From Bacteroidales bacterium (lineage in GTDB: Bacteria; Bacteroidota; Bacteroidia; Bacteroidales; VadinHA17), in assembly GCA_029210565.1 (NCBI GenBank), contig JARGFQ010000016.1, forward strand, positions 2,313 to 66,312: DNA of 64,000 nucleotides. The letters run 5' to 3'. Positions 45,514 to 54,899 of this stretch are shown one piece after another. The position numbers and the translations under genes are program-made. Position 1 is the stretch's first letter, and each line of letters starts with the position of its first letter. Under the pieces are notes generated by a model. It was not told the origin of the DNA. It saw nothing but the letters and a program-made list of their open reading frames with translations, and searched no databases.

Positions 45514-46389
45514 TTGAGAATGAACATCCTTGAGAAAATAACACCGGAGAAGAAATTCTTTATCGGCATCGACTCCGACGGATGTGTCTTTGACACAATG
45601 GAGGTCAAGCACAAGGAGTTCTTCATCCCCAATGTGGTCAAATATTTCGGTCTCTTCGCCATAGCAAAGTATGTGCGCCAGACATGGGAGTTCGTCAATC
45701 TCTATTCCGTCACCCGGGGCATCAACCGTTTTCCCGCGCTGGTGAAGGTGATGGAGTTGCTGGCTGAGAGACCGGAGATCAGAGAGCTGGGCATCCCGTT
45801 GCCCGATATGGAACCGCTGAAGGAGTGGATAGCCGGCGAGACCAGGCTTGGCAACCCCGCCTTCGCGGAATATGTAGAAAAGAACCCGCACCCAGCCCTG
45901 AAACAGGTCCTGGCATGGACCCTGGCACTCAACGAGGATATCTCGGCCTGGCTGCGCAATACCCCTCCCTTTCCTTATGCCCGCAGATCAATAGAGAAAC
46001 TGAGTGAAGTGGCAGATGCTGTGGTGGTGTCACAGACACCCCTGGAGGCGCTGACCAGAGAGTGGAGAGAACACTCCATCGACAGGTATGTACAGGCAAT
46101 CGCAGGACAGGAACTCGGCACCAAGACCGAACATATCACCATGGCCGCGAGGGGTAAATATCCTCCGGAAAGGATACTTATGATAGGCGATGCCCCCGGT
46201 GATCATAAGGCAGCCGTGGGCAACGGCGCCCTCTTCTTTCCTGTGATACCCGGACAGGAGAACCGATCCTGGAAACTGTTCCATGATGAGGCCCTCGGCA
46301 AATTCATTGAGGGTACCTACCGGGGCAATTACGAGGAGAAACTGATAAGGGAGTTCCGGCAAGCACTCCCGGGAACACCCCCATGGTAA
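45514..46389 (+). CDS. HAD-superfamily hydrolase
   Basis: 291 aa. Motif I GIDSDGCVFDT, and a late GDAPGD motif. Confidence 0.65.
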   Translation: MRMNILEKITPEKKFFIGIDSDGCVFDTMEVKHKEFFIPNVVKYFGLFAIAKYVRQTWEFVNLYSVTRGINRFPALVKVMELLAERPEIRELGIPLPDMEPLKEWIAGETRLGNPAFAEYVEKNPHPALKQVLAWTLALNEDISAWLRNTPPFPYARRSIEKLSEVADAVVVSQTPLEALTREWREHSIDRYVQAIAGQELGTKTEHITMAARGKYPPERILMIGDAPGDHKAAVGNGALFFPVIPGQENRSWKLFHDEALGKFIEGTYRGNYEEKLIREFRQALPGTPPW

Positions 46390-46402
46390 AAATGCAAACA
46401 TT

Positions 46403-47665
46403 ATGATATACTACGCAGCAGCAGGTCCCGAGAGGGAGCTGACAAAAGATGACATCAGGGAGGCCCTTAAAAATGCACTCTCAGCCTTCGTAACAAAGAA
46501 GAGGGTTTTGATAATTCCCCCTGACATTACCCGCATGCACTCCGGCGCCGGTATGATAACCGAACTACTCTGGGAACAGCTGGGCAAAAAAGTAAAGAAC
46601 ATCCTTCCGGCCCTCGGCACCCATATGCCTATGGAGAAGAAGGAGCTGACGAAGATGTTCGGAACCGTCCCCCTCTCTCTCTTCAGGGAACACCGGTGGC
46701 GTACTGACATCGATGAACTTGGGAGGGTGCCCTCCTCATTCATTTCGGAAGTGACGGGCGGCAGTCTCAACTTCGACTACCCCGTACAGGTCAACAAACT
46801 ACTGACAACAGGAGGCCATGACCTGATAATCTCGGTTGGACAGGTGGTGCCTCACGAGGTGACCGGCATGGCCAACTACAACAAGAACATCTTCGTAGGT
46901 TGTGGCGGCAGCGAAGCCATCAATAAAAGCCACTTCATGGGTGCCGTCCACGGAATTGAAAATATCCTCGGAACGGTTGACAACCCCGTCAGGGCTGTTC
47001 TGAATGAAGCCTCCGCGATGTCAGTCTCTAAACTGCCGCTGCTCTATGTGCTGACGGTGGTCTCCCCGGACCAGGAAGGGGCGCTTAAGATCAGGGGGTT
47101 CTATGTGGGCGATGACATTGAGTGCTTCAGGCAGGCTGCCACTCTATCGGCAATGGTCAATTTCACAACCCTGCCGGAGAGACTCAGGAAGGTGGTTGTG
47201 TGGCTTGACCCCGAGGAGTACAAGAGCACCTGGCTCGGCAACAAGAGCATCTACCGTACCCGCATGGCCATTGCTGACGGAGGAGAATTGGTGGTTCTGG
47301 CACCGGGAGTAAAGACTTTCGGCGAAGACCCGGCCATCGACAGGCTAATAAGGAGGTACGGGTACCGCACCACGCCGGAGATACTCACCTTCGTTGAGGA
47401 GAACGATGATCTGAATGAGAACCTGAGCGCTGCCGCACATCTGATCCACGGTTCAACAGAGAACAGGTTCACGGTGACTTATGCCCCCGGCCATCTGACC
47501 CACGATGAGACAGAGTCCGTCGGTTACAGCTTCGGAGAGGTCAAGGCGCTAATTAACAGGTATAACCCTCTCGGGCTGCAAACCGGGTTCCATACTGCTG
47601 CCGACGGAGAAGAGTTTTACTTTATTTCCAACCCGGCTATAGGTCTCTGGAAAGCAGTTGAGTAA
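46403..47665 (+). CDS. LarA-like (DUF2088, nickel-pincer-dependent 2-hydroxyacid racemase/epimerase family) protein
   Basis: 420 aa. PPDITR, LGTHMP, VVPHEVTGMANYNK and INKSH segments occur in the order expected for LarA active-site elements. Confidence 0.6.
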   Translation: MIYYAAAGPERELTKDDIREALKNALSAFVTKKRVLIIPPDITRMHSGAGMITELLWEQLGKKVKNILPALGTHMPMEKKELTKMFGTVPLSLFREHRWRTDIDELGRVPSSFISEVTGGSLNFDYPVQVNKLLTTGGHDLIISVGQVVPHEVTGMANYNKNIFVGCGGSEAINKSHFMGAVHGIENILGTVDNPVRAVLNEASAMSVSKLPLLYVLTVVSPDQEGALKIRGFYVGDDIECFRQAATLSAMVNFTTLPERLRKVVVWLDPEEYKSTWLGNKSIYRTRMAIADGGELVVLAPGVKTFGEDPAIDRLIRRYGYRTTPEILTFVEENDDLNENLSAAAHLIHGSTENRFTVTYAPGHLTHDETESVGYSFGEVKALINRYNPLGLQTGFHTAADGEEFYFISNPAIGLWKAVE

Positions 47666-47669
47666 GACC

Positions 47670-48794
47670 ATGAAGATCGTTATCGACGAAAAGATACCGT
47701 TCATCAAAGGGATCTTCGAACCCTGGGCAGATGTTGTTTACTCTCCCGGCAGGGACATTGATGCTGCCACGATTTACGATGCCGATGCGTTGATAGTACG
47801 TACGCGCACCAGGTGCGACAGCCGGCTTCTGGAGAAAAGCAGGGTCAGGATCATCGCCTCGGCCACTATAGGCTTTGATCACCTCGATACGGTCTGGCTC
47901 GATCAGACAGGCATAAAATGGGTCAATGCGCCGGGGTGCAACTCCGGATCGGTGATGCAGTATATTACGGCAGCACTCCTGTTCCTGGCTTCCAGGCATT
48001 CGCTGGACCTTCGCTCCCTCACACTGGGGGTTGTCGGTGTTGGCCACGTCGGGACAAAGGTGGTCAGAGCTGCCAGGGCACTGGGCATGAGCGTGCTGCT
48101 GAATGACCCTCCCCGGGAGAGAGAAGAGGGAGCAGCAGACTTCTCACCGCTGGAAAAGCTGCTGGAAGAGTCGGACATACTGACACTGCACGTGCCGCTG
48201 ACACATGAGGGGGAAGACCGTACACGACACCTGATCAACGGCATAACCCTGGGGAGGCTCAGGAAGAATTGCATACTGATAAACACCTCCCGCGGAGAGG
48301 TGGTGGACAACACTGCGCTCCGGAAGGCACTGGAAGATAAAGTCATACGGGGCGCCGTGCTTGATGTGTGGGAGGGCGAACCCGAGGCCGACAGAGGGCT
48401 GCTGGCACTGACGGAGATAGCCACACCCCATATTGCCGGTTACTCCGTCGACGGCAAGGCCAATGCCACCGTGAACTCCGTGAGGGAGGTTGCTGCATTT
48501 CTGGGCATTCCGCTGCCCAACTGGACACCCGATTCACTGCCCCAACCGGCTGAACCGGTGATAGACCTTGCACGCCACACCGCTGTGACATACCCTGTTG
48601 ACCTGGCAGGAGCGGCTGTCAGACACTCCTACCGCATCAGGGAGGATGACAGCCTCTTTCGCGGAAACCCGGAAAAATTCGAGTATCTTCGCGACAACTA
48701 CCAAGCTAGAAGGGAGTTCGGATCCTATACGGTCAGGAACGCTGACCCTGCAGCAGCACAGATCCTTTCAGGACTCGGTTTCAGGATAATATAA
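47670..48794 (+). CDS. pdxB: 4-phosphoerythronate dehydrogenase-like D-2-hydroxyacid dehydrogenase
   Basis: Starts MKIVIDEKIPF. NAD loop GVVGVGHVGTKV. C-terminal PdxB-type extension. ATG at 47670, just after the larA-like stop. Confidence 0.75.
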   Translation: MKIVIDEKIPFIKGIFEPWADVVYSPGRDIDAATIYDADALIVRTRTRCDSRLLEKSRVRIIASATIGFDHLDTVWLDQTGIKWVNAPGCNSGSVMQYITAALLFLASRHSLDLRSLTLGVVGVGHVGTKVVRAARALGMSVLLNDPPREREEGAADFSPLEKLLEESDILTLHVPLTHEGEDRTRHLINGITLGRLRKNCILINTSRGEVVDNTALRKALEDKVIRGAVLDVWEGEPEADRGLLALTEIATPHIAGYSVDGKANATVNSVREVAAFLGIPLPNWTPDSLPQPAEPVIDLARHTAVTYPVDLAGAAVRHSYRIREDDSLFRGNPEKFEYLRDNYQARREFGSYTVRNADPAAAQILSGLGFRII

Positions 48795-48812
48795 ACAACT
48801 CAATAAACAGGA

Positions 48813-50261
48813 ATGAAAGCAGATATTGGATTGATAGGTCTCGCCGTGATGGGAGAAAACCTGGTGCTTAATATTGAAAGCAGGGGGTTTACTGTCGCTG
48901 TCTTCAACCGGACGACGGAAAAGGTTACCAATTTTGTGAACGGACGCGGGAAAGGGAAGAAGATAATTCCTGCCTACTCACTCGAGGAACTGATATCGGG
49001 CCTCAGCAGACCGCGCAAGGTGATGCTGATGATAAAGGCAGGTAAACCGGTTGACGACTTCATAGAGATGATCATCCCGCTCCTCGACGAGGGAGACATA
49101 ATCATTGAGGGGGGCAACTCTCACTTCCCCGACACCATCAGAAGGACAAAATATGTTGAAAGCAAGGGGCTGCTTTACATCGGCACCGGAGTCTCCGGCG
49201 GCGAGGAGGGTGCCCTCCTGGGTCCTTCGCTCATGCCCGGCGGATCGAAGGATGCATGGCCTCATGTGAAGGATATTTTCCATGCCATCGCTGCCAGGGC
49301 ATCTGACGGTGCCCCCTGCGTCACCTGGATAGGCGACAACGGTGCCGGACACTTCGTCAAGATGGCCCACAACGGAATCGAGTACGGCGACATGCAGCTC
49401 ATCTGCGAAGCCTGGCACCTGATGCTGAACACCGGATCATTCACCTATGACGAGATGGCCGACATCTTTGATGAGTGGAACAGGGGAGAACTTGACTCCT
49501 ACCTTATAGAGATCACCGGGGAGATACTGAGGTTCAGGGACACCGACGGAGAGCCCATTGTGACGAAGATACTTGATTCCGCCGGCCAGAAGGGAACGGG
49601 CAAGTGGACCGTTGTCAGCGCCCTCGACCACGGCGTGCCGCTGAGCCTTATAGGTGAGTCGGTCTTCGCCAGGTTCATCTCCTCAATGAAAAAGGAGAGA
49701 GTGGAGGCTTCACCCCTCTTCCACAGTCCCGCCCGGGGACCGGTCATTGACAGGAAGCAGTATGTAGAGGACATCCGCAGGGCACTCTATGCTTCCAAGA
49801 TTGTATCCTATGCGCAGGGGTTCAACCTGCTGAAGAACGCTGCCGGGGAGTACGGCTGGGATCTCAACTACGGTGAGATAGCCATGATCTGGAGGGGAGG
49901 ATGCATTATCAGGTCAGCCTTCCTAAACAAGATATACGAAGCTTTTAATCGTGATCCGCATCTGTCAAACCTGATCGTCGACAGCTATTTTGCCTCCATC
50001 ATCACTGAGAACAGCGAGAGCTGGAGGAGGGTCATCGCCGGGGCCGTCAGGGACGGGGTGCCGGTGCCTGCCATGAGCGCCGCCCTGTCATGGTTTGACA
50101 GCTACCGCTCTGCCTGGCTGCCAGCCAGCCTGCTACAGGCACAGCGCGATTACTTCGGGGCACATACCTACCAGCGTACTGACAGACCGGAGGAAGAGTT
50201 CTTCCACACCAACTGGACAGGCCGCGGTGGTGACACCGCCTCCTCAACATACAATGCCTGA
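48813..50261 (+). CDS. gnd: 6-phosphogluconate dehydrogenase (decarboxylating)
   Basis: 482 aa. IGLIGLAVMGENL, and HNGIEYGDMQLI. Confidence 0.93.
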   Translation: MKADIGLIGLAVMGENLVLNIESRGFTVAVFNRTTEKVTNFVNGRGKGKKIIPAYSLEELISGLSRPRKVMLMIKAGKPVDDFIEMIIPLLDEGDIIIEGGNSHFPDTIRRTKYVESKGLLYIGTGVSGGEEGALLGPSLMPGGSKDAWPHVKDIFHAIAARASDGAPCVTWIGDNGAGHFVKMAHNGIEYGDMQLICEAWHLMLNTGSFTYDEMADIFDEWNRGELDSYLIEITGEILRFRDTDGEPIVTKILDSAGQKGTGKWTVVSALDHGVPLSLIGESVFARFISSMKKERVEASPLFHSPARGPVIDRKQYVEDIRRALYASKIVSYAQGFNLLKNAAGEYGWDLNYGEIAMIWRGGCIIRSAFLNKIYEAFNRDPHLSNLIVDSYFASIITENSESWRRVIAGAVRDGVPVPAMSAALSWFDSYRSAWLPASLLQAQRDYFGAHTYQRTDRPEEEFFHTNWTGRGGDTASSTYNA

Positions 50262-50301
50262 ATTTTACTAAATTTATCGCAACCCAAAGATATTAACAGT
50301 C

Positions 50302-52335
50302 ATGATCAGAAACGTAAACGAACGCGCAGCAGACAATATCCGCATCCTCTCGATGGCAATGGTCGAGAAGGCCAACTCGGGACACCCCGGCGGCGCCATG
50401 GGCGGAGCTGACTTCATCCATATTCTCTATTCGGAGTTCCTCCGCTTTGACCCTGCCGACCCGGCATGGATAAACAGGGACAGGTTCTTTCTTGACCCCG
50501 GCCACATGTCGCCCATGCTCTATTCGGTGCTGACACTGACAGGAATGTTTACCGTGGAGGACCTGATGCAGTTCCGTCAGTGGGGAAGCATAACACCCGG
50601 ACATCCTGAGCTCGACCTCAGACATGGCATTGAAAACACCTCCGGCCCTCTCGGCCAGGGCCATACCATGGCCGTTGGCGCTGCCATAGCCGAAAGGTTT
50701 CTCACTGCGCGGTTCGGACGGCTGTTTGAACATAAGATCTATACCTATATCTCCGACGGCGGCATACAGGAGGAGATATCACAGGGGGCGGGACGCCTGG
50801 CAGGACACCTCGGCCTCTGCAACCTGGTTATGTTCTACGACTCAAACAATATACAGCTCTCCACAGAGACCGCAGCCGTGACCTCGGAGGATACAGCTGC
50901 CAAATACCGGGCGTGGGGATGGCGCGTGATGGAGATCGACGGCGACAGCCACAACCAGATACGCGGTGCCCTTCGCATGGCATCAGATGAAAACGAGAAA
51001 CCGGTGCTGATCATCGGCAGAACGGTGATGGGCAAGGGTCTCATCGATGAAGAGGGCAACAGCTTCGAGGGTAAAACCTCGACGCACGGTCAACCCGTGT
51101 CACACGCCGGAGCCTCTTTCAGAAAAACGGTTTCAGCCCTGGGTGGTGATCCCGAAAAACCATTTGAGATATTCCCGGACGTAAGGGATCTTTACCGGGA
51201 TGTTCTGGCAGGCAAGAGTGCAGCGGCAGCAGAGTGGAGGATGAAAAAGGATGAGTGGACTGCCTCAGAGCCTGAAGCTGCAAAGGTGCTTGAAGGATTC
51301 TACGCCGGGACTCTGCCGGACATTGACTTCACCGCCATAGTACAGAAGGAGAACGATGCTACCCGTAATGCCTCTGCTGCCATACTCGCCCACTTCGCCG
51401 CGACAGTGCCCAACATGATAGTGGCGTCTGCCGACCTCGCCAACTCCGACAAGACCGACGGCTTCCTCAAGAAGAGCAGGCCACTGACCAGGGGCGACTT
51501 CTCCGGTGCCTTCCTACATGCCGGAGTCTCAGAGCTCACCATGGCAGCATTGATGAACGGCATGGCGCTGCACGGCGGCGTCATACCCGTCTGCGGCACC
51601 TTCTTCGTCTTTTCCGACTACATGAAACCCGCCGTCAGGCTGGCGGCGCTGATGGGACTGCCTGTCAAGTATGTCTGGACACATGACGCCTTCCGGGTGG
51701 GTGAGGACGGACCGACGCATCAGCCCGTGGAGCAGGAGGCGCAGATAAGGCTCATGGAGCACCTGAAGAACCATCACGGGCAGAACAGCATGCTGGTGCT
51801 TCGTCCTGCCGACGCCATCGAGACCAATGTCGCATGGAAGCTTGCACTTGAGAACAGGACAACACCTACGGCCCTCATTCTCTCACGCCAGAACATCAAG
51901 ACCCTGCCGTCGACGGGCATGACAAGAGCTGAGGCTGCGGCGATGGCCGCAAAAGGCGCTTATATCGTCTCGGAAGCAGCCGCTACTCCTGACGTGATAC
52001 TCGTTGCCAGCGGATCCGAGGTGGCCACCCTCGTTGAGGCTGACACCTTGCTTGCCGCAGATGGCATCAGAACACGGATTGTCTCGGCACCGTCGGAAGG
52101 CCTCTTCCGCATGCAGGATAAAGAGTACCGTGAGAGTGTTATCACTCCCGGCATCCCGGTCTTCTGCCTCACGGCAGGACTGCCCGTAACCATGCTCGGC
52201 TTTGCCGGGTCAGAGGGCAAGGTGTTCGGACTCGAAAGCTTTGGCTTCTCTGCATCGTATAAGGTACTTGACGAGAAACTGGGATTCACCGAGGAAAATA
52301 TCGCAAAGGAGGTAAAAAGATTCCTCGGGAAATAA
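50302..52335 (+). CDS. tkt: Transketolase
   Basis: 677 aa. SGHPGGAMG, GPLGQG and GEDGPTHQPVE motifs. Confidence 0.93.
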   Translation: MIRNVNERAADNIRILSMAMVEKANSGHPGGAMGGADFIHILYSEFLRFDPADPAWINRDRFFLDPGHMSPMLYSVLTLTGMFTVEDLMQFRQWGSITPGHPELDLRHGIENTSGPLGQGHTMAVGAAIAERFLTARFGRLFEHKIYTYISDGGIQEEISQGAGRLAGHLGLCNLVMFYDSNNIQLSTETAAVTSEDTAAKYRAWGWRVMEIDGDSHNQIRGALRMASDENEKPVLIIGRTVMGKGLIDEEGNSFEGKTSTHGQPVSHAGASFRKTVSALGGDPEKPFEIFPDVRDLYRDVLAGKSAAAAEWRMKKDEWTASEPEAAKVLEGFYAGTLPDIDFTAIVQKENDATRNASAAILAHFAATVPNMIVASADLANSDKTDGFLKKSRPLTRGDFSGAFLHAGVSELTMAALMNGMALHGGVIPVCGTFFVFSDYMKPAVRLAALMGLPVKYVWTHDAFRVGEDGPTHQPVEQEAQIRLMEHLKNHHGQNSMLVLRPADAIETNVAWKLALENRTTPTALILSRQNIKTLPSTGMTRAEAAAMAAKGAYIVSEAAATPDVILVASGSEVATLVEADTLLAADGIRTRIVSAPSEGLFRMQDKEYRESVITPGIPVFCLTAGLPVTMLGFAGSEGKVFGLESFGFSASYKVLDEKLGFTEENIAKEVKRFLGK

Positions 52336-52405
52336 CAGGCAGAACCCCATCAGGTAAGTGCCCTGTGGCGGGTCATAATTTTTCGAAGGTTTATACCTTT
52401 TATTG

Positions 52406-52413
52406 TATTTTTG
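52406..52413 (+). promoter_or_regulatory. Candidate Bacteroidota -7 promoter box
   Basis: TATTTTTG matches TAnnTTTG. It lies 113 nt upstream of the HAD gene start. Confidence 0.3.
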
Positions 52414-52449
52414 CACCCAATCATTATCAGTATCATGAATGTCTGCATT

Positions 52450-52513
52450 GACTGCCGACTGCCTCTGGCCACCGTAGCCTTGGCGCAGGTGGCCGACTGC
52501 CGACTGAAGACTG
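52450..52513. repeat. CCGACTG heptamer repeats flanking a 7-bp-stem hairpin
   Basis: GACTGCCGACTGCC-TCT-GGCCACC(gtagccttggcgca)GGTGGCC-GACTGCCGACTGAAGACTG. Confidence 0.8.
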
Positions 52514-52525
52514 GAATACTGGCTT

Positions 52526-53137
52526 ATGCACGAATACGACATCACCCCCGGAGTCAAAGGACTCATCTTCGATCTCGACGGCACCCTTGCCAACACCATG
52601 CCATGGCACTACCAGGCGTGGCAGAAAGCCTGCCTCCACTTTGGAATTCATATGGACACGGCTTTCCTGCAGGCACACACCGGCGCCCCGGGATGGAAGA
52701 TAGCAGAGGAGATCATCGAAAAGAACGGCATGACCGGCAAAGTCTCACCCGAAGAGATCATGCAAGTCAAGCTGGAGGAGTTTTTTACCATCCAGCACAA
52801 AGTGACACCCATTGAGCCTGTCACCGCCCTCGTGCAGAAATACCACGGTAAGATGCCAATCGCAGTCGGCACCGGGGGACACCGCGAGGCGGTGGAGAAG
52901 ACGCTCGAGATAATAGGCATAAGAGAGTACTTCGACATCATCGTCACCGCCAACGATGTGAAAAACCACAAGCCTCACCCTGAGACATTCCTCAGATGTG
53001 CCGAACTGATGAATCTCGATCCGTCAGACTGTGAGGTTTTTGAGGACGGTGACCTGGGTATCGAGGCCGCACGCAGGGCAGGCATGATAGCTACCGACGT
53101 GCGCACATGGTATGAATCGAACTGGCAGCAAAGTTGA
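52526..53137 (+). CDS. HAD-IA hydrolase (beta-phosphoglucomutase family)
   Basis: 203 aa. GLIFDLDGTLANT motif I, TGG, and KPHPE..FEDG motifs. Confidence 0.8.
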   Translation: MHEYDITPGVKGLIFDLDGTLANTMPWHYQAWQKACLHFGIHMDTAFLQAHTGAPGWKIAEEIIEKNGMTGKVSPEEIMQVKLEEFFTIQHKVTPIEPVTALVQKYHGKMPIAVGTGGHREAVEKTLEIIGIREYFDIIVTANDVKNHKPHPETFLRCAELMNLDPSDCEVFEDGDLGIEAARRAGMIATDVRTWYESNWQQS

Positions 53138-53141
53138 AAGT

Positions 53142-53243
53142 CTCCCTCCTCCGCCAAGGCTTCGGACTGCGTCCGACAGAGTCGGAGGGCAGGAAAGTCG
53201 AAAGTCCTTAAAGTCGAAAAGTCTGAAATCGCAAATTCAAATT
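53142..53243. repeat. Hairpin block plus AAAGTCNN degenerate repeats
   Basis: CCCTCC...TCCGAC-AGA-GTCGGAGGG, then GAAAGTCGAAAGTCCTTAAAGTCGAAAAGTCTGAAATCG. It shares CGCCAAGGCTTCGG with the rc of 52472-52485. Confidence 0.75.
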
Positions 53244-53901
53244 GGATACCATAATCAAACTCACCTCCGATGGCTCCCACACCCTTTACGTGCCTGAACT
53301 GAATGAGCATTATCACTCCCATTTTGGTGCCGTCACAGAGTCGATGCACATATTTATTAACGCAGGCCTAAGGAACATTCAGGGTGACAGTGTCACCATC
53401 CTGGAAGTAGGGTTCGGCACGGGACTGAATGCACTTCTGACGGCACTCTATGCCTCTGAGCACAGGATAAAAGTGGATTATACCTCGCTGGAAAAGTACC
53501 CGCTCGACGATTCAGTCGTCTCAAAACTCAATTACGGGTCACTTACCGGAAAAGAAGGCATGGAGCTCTTCGCAGCAATTCATTCAGCGCCCTGGGATAA
53601 ACCGGCCTCAATTATCGAATGGTTTACCCTCCATAAAAGAGTAACCGACCTGACCACAGAGCAACCCGAAGGTCTCTTTGACCTTGTCTTCTTCGATGCC
53701 TTCGGTCCTGACAAGCAGCCCGAGATGTGGAGCGGGGAGGTGATGCGGAAGATAGCAGCCGTGATGCATGCCGGATCGGTTTTTGTTACATACTCGGCAA
53801 AAGGAAGCCTTAAAAGGATACTCCGGAAACTGCAGATGGAGGTGAACCTCCTGCCAGGCCCTCCGGGAAAAAGGGTATTCACAAGGGCGGTGAAGTTATG
53901 A
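53242..53901 (+). CDS. MnmC/MnmD-type tRNA (mnm5s2U34) methyltransferase domain protein (DUF752)
   Basis: 219 aa, TTG start. DGSHTLYVPELNEHYHS and FFDAFGPDKQPEMW motifs. Confidence 0.65.
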   Translation: MDTIIKLTSDGSHTLYVPELNEHYHSHFGAVTESMHIFINAGLRNIQGDSVTILEVGFGTGLNALLTALYASEHRIKVDYTSLEKYPLDDSVVSKLNYGSLTGKEGMELFAAIHSAPWDKPASIIEWFTLHKRVTDLTTEQPEGLFDLVFFDAFGPDKQPEMWSGEVMRKIAAVMHAGSVFVTYSAKGSLKRILRKLQMEVNLLPGPPGKRVFTRAVKL

Positions 53902-54044
53902 TTTATATCCCGCTTTTTTGTTCCCGGTCCGTGGGCCTGAATTTTGTTCGCCGGTGAAAAATCAGCTGTTTTTATGTATGTTTGCGTGATTAATAACCGG
54001 CAGATATGCAGCATACCCGCTCTCTGCACACAAGAATGAATACT

Positions 54045-54144
54045 GAAACTTACATGAGCAGAAACTCACAGAAGGACATGATTTGTTTATTTCATGTAAG
54101 TTCCATTCGACCAATGCAATAATAATTATTTATTTACCCGAATG
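54045..54144 (+). repeat. Copy E of the structured leader element
   Basis: GAAACTTACATGAGCAG-N30-TTCATGTAAGTTCCATTCGACCAATGCAATAATAATTATTTATTTACCCGAATG. The terminal ATG opens a 3-codon uORF whose TGA overlaps the FKBP start. Confidence 0.8.
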
Positions 54145-54149
54145 AAACG

Positions 54150-54842
54150 ATGAAAAATGTCAAAATCTTAACCGTCATTGTTCTTTGTGCCGTGACAACA
54201 TTCACCGCCGCGGCGCAGAAATCAAAATTCTCCACCTCCGAAGACTCACTATCCTATGCTCTCGGCGTGGCAAATTATAAATACTATGTGGCCGACAGTA
54301 TTGATATCAGCACAAAACTGTTCTATAAAGGGATGAAGGATGCCGAAAAGGAGAAGCCCGTCATGAACGATACAACTGCCAGTGCTTTCATAGTAAGCTA
54401 TATGCAGAGGCGTGAGAAAGCACGACTGACTGCCGAGTACAGCACTCAGATCCAGGAGGCAGAAGCGTTTTTCGACGAGAACGGCAAAAAAGAGGGTGTC
54501 GTCGTACTTCCAAGCGGACTTCAGTATAAAGTTCTGAACCGGGGTACAGGCGCAACTCCAGGTCCTGATGATGTTGTCAGGGTACATTATACCGGCACCA
54601 CTGTCAACGGAACAAAGTTCGACTCCTCGTATGACCGTGGCGAGCCTGCACAGTTCAGGGTCAGCAACGTCATAAAAGGATGGATTGAAGGACTACAACT
54701 GATGCAGGAGGGCTCAAAAATGATGCTTTATATTCCCTATGACCTTGCCTACGGGGAGAGAGGAGCAGGCAGTATCATCAAACCGTTTGAGACACTGATC
54801 TTCGAAGTTGAGCTTTTAGAGGTGATAAAAGAAGATGAGTAG
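54150..54842 (+). CDS. FKBP-type peptidyl-prolyl isomerase (FkpA/Mip-like), secreted
   Basis: 230 aa with a signal peptide. [27 protein letters not shown], and LIFEVELL. Confidence 0.9.
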   Translation: MKNVKILTVIVLCAVTTFTAAAQKSKFSTSEDSLSYALGVANYKYYVADSIDISTKLFYKGMKDAEKEKPVMNDTTASAFIVSYMQRREKARLTAEYSTQIQEAEAFFDENGKKEGVVVLPSGLQYKVLNRGTGATPGPDDVVRVHYTGTTVNGTKFDSSYDRGEPAQFRVSNVIKGWIEGLQLMQEGSKMMLYIPYDLAYGERGAGSIIKPFETLIFEVELLEVIKEDE

Positions 54843-54865
54843 CGTTAAATTGACTACCAAAATAT

Positions 54866-54873
54866 TATCTTTG
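54866..54873 (+). promoter_or_regulatory. Candidate -7 promoter box
   Basis: TATCTTTG matches TAnnTTTG. It lies 27 nt upstream of the ATG at 54900. Confidence 0.35.
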
Positions 54874-54899
54874 CCAAAATTTAAATAAAAACAGACACA

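Noticed and set aside
52411-53297. ORFs 52411-52815 and 53112-53297 as real genes
   Set aside because: Their 5-prime parts translate the heptamer and word repeats. The rest overlaps the well-supported HAD gene out of frame or lies in the repeat spacer. They have no family signal.
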